From NCBI RefSeq assembly GCF_032444005.1, contig NC_091288.1, forward strand, positions 218,922,001 through 218,986,000: a DNA stretch of 64,000 nucleotides. The letters are read 5' to 3'. The notes below the pieces were generated by a model, which saw only the letters and a program-made list of their open reading frames with translations, made no database searches and was not told the DNA's origin. Below are positions 35,626 to 45,670 of the stretch, piece after piece. The DNA comes from Ranitomeya imitator (taxonomy: Eukaryota). Position numbers and translations under genes: made by a program. The number at the start of each line of letters is the position of its first letter. Position 1 is the stretch's first letter.

Positions 35626-37842
35626 CATCCTGTTAGGAGAAGAAACTGAAGGATCATGCCCTCAAATTATACATCACTGGAAGTAAAGTAGAAAAAAACT
35701 GATGTAGGGATCAACAGTATCGGGAGAATGGTTGGGGATTTTATAATAAAGCAAATTACAAAAAAGATTATGAGTTAAAGATAGATTTGTATCATTTACA
35801 TTTCAGGTATCGGACCACCCCTTTGATGGTTGTGATCTTGTTATGAGGTGATGGTTCCAACAATCAAAAACAGGAGAAAATCTCAGTGGGTTCCATATAC
35901 ATAAGATGGGGCTTCAAACTTACAACATGTAGTGTTGTTTTTTGGGGACTTGTGTAGAGTTGAGCAGAAAATGTTGCGGACCAGGAGCCATGCTGGTAAT
36001 TTGAAGGCACCGGACCACAGTCTCGTGAACCTACTTCTACTTGCCGGAATCTATGATGCCTCTTCTGATTAGTTGGCCCGTGTCCTTATGCATGCACGGC
36101 GCTGCAACTGTGACATTGTTCCAGGCCTACTAATCAGGATATTGCTGGGCATGCTCCAGGAAGGAGGAGGTCTGCAAGAATCTGGTCTGGTGCCCACAGA
36201 TTACTGACGCAGCCACTAGACTAAGACCATACCAACATCTTTGCTCAGCTTAAAATTTATGGATCTGTAGAGGTCATGAGACAACGAGCATTGATAGGTC
36301 TTGGGACATGCCATGGAAAAAGTCAGGAGAGGCAGTCGAGTATGGAACAAATGGCTGTGTATGGTGTCGGAGTATGGCCACGGCTGGGAGCAAGCAGCCT
36401 TCATACTGGGACTTCCCGGTCAGTGGCCATTAGTTCTGACAGCATAGGTTGGTGAATTGGAGACCATAATTTACTGTCATGCCCCCTTTTCATAATAAAG
36501 ACCTTATTGCTCAAGTTGTAGATGTTATTGTACCGATGTTATTGTACCGCTTCTGCTGTGCCAGGTTCAGTAAAGAGGTGACCTTGCGCTTTGCCTTTGA
36601 TGGCACCATCCACTACACCAGGAGTGGGGAACCTCAGGCCCCAGGGCCATTTACGGCCCTCGATGACCTTTTATCAGGCCCCGGAGCAGATTCTCAGGGA
36701 CCGCATTCTTCGGCAGGGAGGTGTATACACACACACGGAAGACAATGGCCCGAGATACTGATGAGAGTAATAGAAGGATTGCTTTACATTTACCTTTGGC
36801 AATCTCCTGTCTGTCCTTCTGTTCTGTATACATAAGATCCAGCCTACACGTCCTCTGCTTGCTGTCACTGAATGGAAACATTGATTCCTGAGCAAGCAAA
36901 TCACTAAAAAAAAAACCACAACAATATCGACGTAACCGGTGCTCCGTGCTGGAAAAACTCTGCGTCCCATAGAGCCGTGAACTCCGCTCTATGTGCGTTG
37001 GTCCAATAGTGACTGAGACTTACAAGGGCTGTGCCTAAACTTTTTGCAAATGACCGATCATACAGCTAGGAAACCTTTTCCATGTAATGGCGTGCTTTAC
37101 ATGGTAGTGGCGAAGGGGTCGAGGAGGACGGAGGCGGTCAGCCCTCACCGTGTGGCGTTACTGACGCTGAGGTGATGCGGTGTCGGTGACCTGTGACCGA
37201 TACCTTGCACCTGACGAGCAGATCTCATCCTGCTGTCCACATTACAGTCACACTTATTCCTTAGCTCCGCAAACTGTAGGCCTCTGTTCACACAGCACGC
37301 ATTTTGTAGCACTGGGCGGCCCGCCTGTACGTGCGTTACTAATAGGCTGTAAACCAGATGCTCTGCATTGCCTGTGTGAACAATGCCACATACAGACTAT
37401 TATCGCTCATCTTTTTGTGCACTAACGCCACACAGCCAACACTGGATTGAAAGTGGTTGTTTCATCGGTATTTTTTGCACCTGTGTTTTTGCCATCATTA
37501 ATCGGGTCTGCTGCGCCCTGATGGTGCATTTGTTTGGAGGCTTCAGCAGGTAAAACATCTCTGCTTTTTTCTCTGTGATTTTTCACACTTATTCCTTCTT
37601 TCCTTCCATGGTTCGCCCCCATAAATAATAGGGCACCGTGTCTGTGCCAACATCTGGATGTGAGTCCTCACAGGGCAGTGTACATGCCAAATACTGAGGT
37701 CTAAGAACCGGTCTGGGCAGTACAACAGCCTCACCGGGTCCAGAACAATTAACCCCCACAGCTTGTCCCCTGCCGAGCTAGAAGATGACGACTAGGAGGA
37801 AGGGATGAGGAAAAGGACAGGAAATGGTGTAAAGTTACTTCC

Positions 37843-37854
37843 ACTTTCAGTTTC
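37843..37854 (+). promoter_or_regulatory. ISRE/IRF-like element just upstream of the PYD exon
   Basis: ACTTTCAGTTTC matches the IRF/ISRE core TTTCNNTTTC and lies 20 bp before the ATG. Confidence 0.5.
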
Positions 37855-37873
37855 AGGGCTTAGTTAGCAGGCG

Positions 37874-40800
37874 ATGAGGATGAAGACGGTGAGGGACCTC
37901 CTGCTCCAGGCCCTGGAGAACTTGGAAAATAAATCCTTTAAGAAGTTTAAGAACAAGTTAAATGATTGGGATATAGAGGAGGAATATGCCCGGATCCCGA
38001 GAGGGCCGCTGGAGGTGGCGGACCCCGAGGACGTGGCGGACCTGATCAGACGGTATTACATGGATTCCTATAGCGTGAAGGTAACCGTGGCCGTGCTAGA
38101 AGCCATAAACGAGAACCGTGAGGCGGAGGAGCTGGAGAAAGCCTGGAAGACGGGTAAGAAGCGGAGAATCTGGGAAGAAGATGTTACTATGAGGGACAAT
38201 AGTACAAGGGGGTCCCGGAGGGGGCAGCGGAGCAGACACGGGATGTAGCTCTTAGGCTATGTGCACACGTTCAGGATTTCTCGCAGAAAATTCCTGAGAA
38301 AAACCGGACATTTTCTGCAAGAAAACCTCATGCGTTTTTGCCGCGGTTTTTTCCAGACACTTCCCAGTGCATTTTGTAGTGGGAAATTCGCAAAAAAAAC
38401 ACAAAATTAATGAACATGCTGCGTTTTTTTACCGCGATGCGGTTTTTTTTTTCGCAGAAAAAACGCATCATGTGCACAAAACATGCGAAATTCATTCTAA
38501 ATGATGGGATGCTTATTGTATGCGTTTTTTTTTTGCGGTTTTATAGCATTTTTATCGGGAAAAACCGCGAAAAAACCGCAACGTGTGCACACAGCCTTAG
38601 GCCGGGTTCACGTTAGCGTTATTGTGCGCAGCGTGTGATCCGCATACATCATGCGTACTTATCTTTAAGGCTATGTGCACACGTTGCAGATTATTTGCGG
38701 TTTTCTAGCGTTTTTGCGCTATGAAAACGCTATAAAACCGCAAATAATCTGCATACATTAAGCATCCTATCATTTTTAATGAAATCCGCAATTTCTGTGC
38801 ACATGATGTGCGTTTTTCCGCATGAAAAACGCATTGCGGAAAAATAATGAACCTGCTCATTAATTTTGCGTTTTTTTTTTCGCGGTTTTCCCACTGTCTA
38901 ATGCATTGGGAAATGTCTGGAAAAAAACGCATCAAAACCGCGCAAAAAACGCGCAAAAAAAACGCATGCGGATTTCATGCGGAAATCTGCCAGAAATGTC
39001 CGGAGTTTCACAGGAATTTTCTGCATGAATTCCTGAACGTTTGCACATAGCCTAACATGGTGTACGCAGGGACACGCGTATGCATGCGTCATTTCACGGT
39101 GTGCGGCGGATTCCAGCGAACGCAACATGTTGCATTTTTTGAGGCGTCAAATATTGCGCATGCGGATGAGCGCGTCAAAAAACCGCATTATTGTCTATGG
39201 GAACGCATTGGTACGCAAAGACATGCATACCTTAGACTGCGCATGTCCAGGAAATGATGTCACCACCTCCACCGTGCACGTAAAAAACGCAAACACATTT
39301 TAACGCATGCACACGCAGCGTTGTTTTTTTTTTTTTTTTTGTGTCATGCGTAAGATGATGCGGAGGCGCATGCAGATGACATGCTGCGCACAGAAACGCT
39401 AATGTGAACCTAACCTTAGTAAAGCCATCGTGGTACAGACGATGGAGATGTCACCAGAAGGAAGAAAACGTCTCCAGCAGCGACCCTGAACCTCCGTGTC
39501 CAAGGAACAAAATCAGATAAAGCCTCTGTTCACACGCTGCGCTTTTGCTGCTGCATTTTTTTCACAGGCAAAACCTGCTCTCCCGGCAGTAAAGAAGCTG
39601 CTTACAAAATGCCGATTTTGCAGATTTTTTTGCTGCATTTTTGTTGTCTCTCGTACATGATGATAAAGTTTAGTGCCCCCCTAAAAAAAAAAAAAAAAAA
39701 GTTTAACTTCCTTAGGTTTTTGCGCCAAAGCCTGATCCCTGTGGTTTTTGCTGCGTTTTTGCACTAACCCATTGTTTCCTATGGGTGAAAAAAAACGCGG
39801 AAAGAAGTGACCGCTGCAGTTTTCCGAATCAGTCAGGAAATTAAACCCAATGTGGGGTCATGGGATTTCTGAAATCTCAGGCTTTGCTGGTGCTGTAAAA
39901 AGCAGCTGAAAATTTGCATTAAAAAAAAAGGATGCAAAAACGCCCAGTGTGAACATAGCCTTATCTATACAACAAATCAATATTCTGACTATGACCCGAT
40001 CTGTGTGCCAAATCCGGGACCTGGCTACTTATCAGGAGAGCCGGGGCTCGGTGTTATCAGTGTATACACTACATCACATATACAGTGATGGTTAAAGGGG
40101 ATGTCCCCGCTGAAAAAACTCCTGCAGGCTCAGATACATGTAGAAAACATAATCTGAGCTTTACTTACCCTCCCCTGGTCCAGCACAGGACACTACTGGG
40201 CTGCAGCCAATCACTCAGCACAGCACCGTAGCTCAGTAATTGGCTGCAGCGCTACTGACGTGATTTCACCGCTGCAGCCAAACAAAAGAATGCAACTTGT
40301 TAATTCTCACCTGACTTCTGCGGAGAGTCCAGTCATCTGCATTCAGATTTTTTACATAAACTTTTTTTTTTACATATTTTTTTTACCCGTAGAGCGGACG
40401 TGCGTCATCAGTACATGAAGCGGGCTGTGTTACACAGATGGCACCTGAGAGCGACAGCTGCAGAGCTGGGTCTGATCGCAACCAAGCGACAGCTGCAGAG
40501 CTGGGTCTGATCGCAACCAAGCGACAGCTGCAGAGCTGGATCTGATCGCAACCAAGCGACAGCTGCAGAGCTGGGTCTGATCGCAACCAAGCGACAGCTG
40601 CAGAGCTGGGTCTGATCCCAACCAAGCAACAGCTGCAGAGCTGGGTCTGATCCCAACCAAGCGACAGCTGCAGAGCTGGGTCTGATCGCAACCAAGCGAC
40701 AGCTGCAGAGCTGGGTCTGATCGCAACCAAGCGACAGCTGCAGAGCTGGGTCTGATCCCAACCAAGCGACAGCTGCAGAGCTGGGTCTGATCGCAACCAA

Positions 40801-43800
40801 GCGACAGCTGCAGAGCTGGGTCTGATCCCAACCAAGCGACAGCTGCAGAGCTGGGTCTGATCCCAACCAAGCGACAGCTGCAGAGCTGGGTCTGATCGCA
40901 ACCAAGCGACAGCTGCAGAGCTGGGTCTGATCCCAACCAAGCGACAGCTGCAGAGCTGGGTCTGATCCCAACCAAGCGACAGCTGCAGAGCTGGGTCTGA
41001 TCGCAACCAAGCGACAGCTGCAGAGCTGGGTCTGATCGCAACCAAGCGACAGCTGCAGAGCTGGGTCTGATCCCAACCAAGCGACAGCTGCAGAGCTGGG
41101 TCTGATCGCAACCAAGCGACAGCTGCAGAGCTGGGTCTGATCCCAACCAAGTGACAGCTGCAGAGCTGGGTCTGATCCCAACCAAGCGACAGCTGCAGAG
41201 CTGGGTCTGATCGCAACCAAGCGACAGCTGCAGAGCTGGGTCTGATCCCAACCAAGCGACAGCTGCAGAGCTGGGTTTGATCCCAACCAAGCGACAGCTG
41301 CAGAGCTGGGTCTGATCGCAACCAAGCGACAGCTGCAGATAAAGGCCTAAAAAATAATACGGACAACCATAAAGAATAAAAAGTGTTCATTTTTCGGTTG
41401 GTCAGGCTTCGTGGGAACTTGTTTTTTTTTGCCACTGATCTGACTTTTTTATTGATACCGTTCTCATCTAGATACAATGTTTCTTATTGCACTTTTTGCG
41501 GAGTTGCGTTTTTTTCCTTAGCGGTCAGGTTAATTAATTTGATGAGGAGATATCAAACGTTTAATTTTTTTTGGTTTATTTTAAATGAGGGGGAAGAATA
41601 CTTTTTTTTTTTTTTTAACTTTTTTTTGTTCACTTTATTTGTGAAATCTCAGCCTGTGATCGTCAGATGGATTGTACCATATACCGCAATACTATAGTAA
41701 GAATAATCGTGGAGTCTTATGAACACCAGTCATAGGTTGGTCTTCATAGAAGCACGGGGGTCTTCATAGAAGCACGGGGGTCTTCCTCTGGGGCCACCTG
41801 GAGGTCCTATATTTACAGTCGGAGCATGCGGATTCATTCTGGGCATAAACATGGGCAATGCCGGTTTATACTACGGATAATGCGCACTTTCTCTGTCCGG
41901 ACAGTAGAGGGCAGGCGCGCGTCGTACTGACTTCATTGTGATTGCCTCCTCTGTTACCCTATCATCATGGAAATGATCAGATCAGGAGCCGCTGGGGTCT
42001 TTCTGCACTGTTGTGTGGACACTGTGGTCAGCAGTTATCAAAAATGGCGTAACCTGCTCCGTTATTACTTACTAAAGAGAATCCGTCAGCAGGTTTTTGC
42101 TATGTAATCAGAGAGCAGCATGATAGAGGGGCAGCATTTATATTGTGAGGGCATCAATCCGCAATTGGGCACTGAAAGAAAAGGTGAAAGGGTGTTTGCT
42201 GGAACAATCGCCACCATGGACAGGACCACATCTCCTGTACTCCATGGGCAAGCAGGGGCAACAAACCGCAAAATCTTGGATGCAAACGCAATGATGATTG
42301 ATGGTCTTCTATCTGCAGAAACGAGTTCAGAAACTGCTGGCTGTTCTCCTGATCTCTAAATCGCTCAGTTTTCCTCTCTTTTGACTGTTATAGAATGTTT
42401 CTCCTACTTCAGTGCTATAAAAGCTTTCGGAAACTTTACAGTTTTTGATCCTTTTGAATTCAGATGGAAGGAAATTTATTTTTTACAAGTGTTCAAGAGA
42501 GTTCATGGGTAATGTAGAACGAGAGTCACGTGACAGGTTCTGGAGGAAAAAGACAAAAGAACCGCAGAGGTCGAAAGGGACCGAAAAAGTAGGCCGTCAA
42601 AACAAGAAGAAGGCACGCTTATAGAAAATATCACACTTGTGCAAATTGGGGGAAAAAGTGGAAAAACCCTTATTATAGGTGGAACATTGACTCACAGGGC
42701 AGTGTCGCTGCACATAAGGTTTCTTCCTTCTGGTAGAGAGCTAGTTTGCATACTTTTCTTCCAGAAATTATTATTTCTTCAAGAAAAACCTAGTATACCC
42801 CGATATATGCAGTCCTATGTAAGGCACAAAGTATTCCCAATAGAGTAGAGATCACAGTACTGGCGTATGAGCACGGCTTCAGCATCTTCCTCCATAGTCG
42901 TGAGCGATGACCAGTCCTGGACTCATCTCAGGGATTCTGTTTTTTTGTGTTTTTCAGTGAATTGTTGTACAACCAAGAGAGAAGATCAAGGAGCAACATC
43001 GAGAGGTGAGCAGTCCAAGAGAGAAGACCAAGGAGCAACATCGAGAGTTGAGCAGTCCAAGAGAGAAGACCAAGGAGCAACATCGAGAGGTGAGCAGCCG
43101 GAGAGAGAAGACCAAGGATCAACATCGAGAGGTGAGCAGTCCAAGAGAGAAGAGCAAGGAGCAACATCAAGAGGTGAGCAGTCCAAGAGAGAAGACCAAG
43201 GAGCAACATCGAGAGGTGACCAATCCAAGAGAGAAGATTAAGGAGCAACATCAAGAGGTGAGCAGTCCAAGAGAGAAGACGAAGGAGCAACATCGAGAGG
43301 TGAGCGGTGGCCTGGAGCCTCCTCACTATAGGTCCGAGGCCTTGATATAATCCAATAGAAAGAATGTTCTGCTTGAAATCCCGAATGTGTGTATATAGCC
43401 TTAACCCCGGTCCTGTGTCCTCCCTACACGCATACACGTTCATTGTAAGTCCCTGATAGCGCCATTATGAATTGGGGGGGAGTGGTATATGACTTTAACA
43501 GGGTCTTATGATGAAATAGGGGATGGGAGAGGATGCTATCAGGTACTTAGAAAAATTTAGACCTGGGCCCCCACCTGCATGTTGGCCAGATATATAAGCC
43601 CTCGAAGCGTTCTAGATCCTATAAAGACATATGTGTTCACCCCCATATAATTATGCTCCTAATCCTAGTCCCCTTCTTAGTATAATGTCCGACATCCTAG
43701 GCCCCTTCTTAGTATAATGTCCTCCACCTGGGCCCTTTTATGGAATATTGTCCCCCAACCTGGCCCCTTCTTAGTATATTATAATGTCCTCCACCTGGGC

Positions 43801-44420
43801 CCCTTCATGGAATATTGTCCCCCATCCTGGGCCCCTTCATACCCTAAGGTATTGAATACAATTATTTAAAAAAAAGAAAAATATAGATAGAATTTCTCTA
43901 AAACGAACATGAGATGCTCTACTCATCACAATGTAACATTACAGCCCTCCATGTCTGGACTCACCGCTTCTCTTCATTTTGATCTTTTATTTCAGCACCG
44001 ATTCAGGAAACATCTCGGGGAGCGACATGCTGAGGTGAGAGGAGGAGGAGGAGAGGCTCCTTGTAAATCGTATCAGTCTCATCGAATAGTGAAGTCACTC
44101 ATATAGGTGACTGTCGGGGACGGAGGACGATCATTAATCTCATAGCTTCTGTTCTCATTACAGATCAGGAGCATTTTGTGGACAGACATCGCGCTCAGCT
44201 GATACAGCGGGTGCATCTTCTGGGCCAAGTCCTGGACGACCTCCTTCAGAACAAGCTGCTGACATATGAAGGCTACAACACCGTGCTCAGCATGAAACCC
44301 TCCCAGCAGCAGATGCGAGAGCTCTACCGATACATGTCATCCTGGGGGAATAAAGACAAGGATAAGTTCCTGCAATCTCTGAAGACACACTACGCTCCGC
44401 TCATCAAGACTCTGGAGTAG
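37874..44420 (+). CDS. pycard: PYCARD/ASC-like gene: PYD exon 37874-38153, candidate linker exons 42464-42508, 42958-43005 and 43996-44034 (stop-containing), CARD exon 44164-44420
   Basis: PYD: MKTVRDLLLQALENL...FKKFKNKL...RIPRGPL...DLI...Y, ending in phase 1 at a GTAAG donor (38154). CARD: EHFVDRHRAQLIQRV...MRELY...LE*, after a phase-1 acceptor at 44162-44163. The gene is divergent from trim72, as human PYCARD and TRIM72 are. Linker exon usage is inferred. Confidence 0.85.
38255..39415. mobile_element. Cluster of PIF/Harbinger-type MITEs: 38255-38596, then 38600-39415 with 38669-39052 nested inside it
   Basis: TIRs GGCTATGTGCACACG and GGCCGGGTTCAC with 3-bp TTA/TAA target duplications. Confidence 0.8.
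39521..39960. mobile_element. PIF/Harbinger-type MITE
   Basis: agcctctgttcacac...gtgtgaacatagcc, flanked by TAA and TTA. Confidence 0.65.
40455..41338. repeat. 35-bp minisatellite in pycard intron 1
   Basis: Unit gcgacagctgcagagctgggtctgatcgcaaccaa. Confidence 0.95.
42972..43305 (+). repeat. 42-bp tandem repeat (8 units) spanning the exon 3' end and splice donor of a pycard linker exon
   Basis: The unit encodes GEQSKREDQGATSR. GAG|GTGAG donors recur every 42 bp. Confidence 0.9.
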
Positions 44421-44530
44421 ACTGAACTGCCTCACATCATGAGTGGAGCGTCAGCTCCTGGGGTCAGTCCTGTAGCTGCAGCTATGGAGGAGGGGATGTG
44501 TCCTTCATCATTCTTTTATACGTAAAAACA

Positions 44531-44536
44531 AATAAA
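44531..44536 (+). terminator. Candidate polyadenylation signal after the first CARD exon
   Basis: AATAAA 110 nt after the TAG. Confidence 0.55.
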
Positions 44537-44639
44537 AAATCTGGTACCGAATTTATAAATGGTTTTCTATCATTTTTTGAATATGAAAACGCTAACATGA
44601 AATAGTCCCGGGCTACAGAAAAATAGTCCGAAGCTACAG

Positions 44640-45670
44640 TCGCTGTGACCAGTGGGGTACCGCAGGGGTCAGTATTGGGACCTGTTCTCTTCAACATATT
44701 CATTAATGATCTGGTAGAAGGTTTACACAGTAAAATATCGATATTTGCAGATGATACAAAACTATGTAAAGCAGTTAATACAAGAGAAGATCGTATTCTG
44801 CTACAGATGGATCTGGATAAGTTGGAAACTTGGGCTGAAAGGTGGCAGATGAGGTTTAACAATGATAAATGTAAGGTTATACACATGGGAAGAGGGAATC
44901 AATATCACCATTACACACTGAACGGGAAACCACTGGGTAAATCTGACAGGGAGAAGGACTTGGGGATCCTAGTTAATTATAAACTTACCTGGAGCAGCCA
45001 GTGCCAGGCAGCAGCTGCCAAGGCAAACAGGATCATGGGGTGCATTAAAAGAGGTCTGGATACACATGATGAGAGCATTATACTGCCTCTGTACAAATCC
45101 CTAGTTAGACCGCACATGGAGTACTGTGTCCAGTTTTGGGCACCGGTGCTCAGGAAGGATATAATGGAACTAGAGAGAGTACAAAGGAGGGCAACAAAAT
45201 TAATAAAGGGGATGGGAGAACTACAATACCCAGATAGATTAGCGAAATTAGGATTATTTAGTCTAGAAAAAAGACGACTGAGGGGCGATCTAATAACCAT
45301 GTATAAGTATATAAGGGGACAATACAAATATCTCGCTGAGGATCTGTTTATACCAAGGAAGGTGACGGGCACAAGGGGGCATTCTTTGCGTCTGGAGGAG
45401 AGAAGGTTTTTCCACCAACATAGAAGAGGATTCTTTACTGTTAGGGCAGTGAGAATCTGGAATTGCTTGCCTGAGGAGGTGGTGATGGCGAACTCAGTCG
45501 AGGGGTTCAAGAGAGGCCTGGATGTCTTCCTGGAGCAGAACAATATTGTATCATACAATTATTAGGTTCTGTAGAAGGACGTAGATCTGGGTATTTATTA
45601 TGATGGAATATAGGCTGAACTGGATGGACAAATGTCTTTTTTCGGCCTTACTAACTATGTTACTATGTTA
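44640..45670 (+). mobile_element. 5'-truncated CR1 LINE: RT C-terminus (ORF 44645-45565) plus 3' UTR
   Basis: Motifs SGVPQGSVLGPVLFNIFINDL, FADDTKL, LGLFSLEKRRLRGDLI and RGHSLRL. The element ends in a short tandem tail (actatgttactatgtta). Confidence 0.93.
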
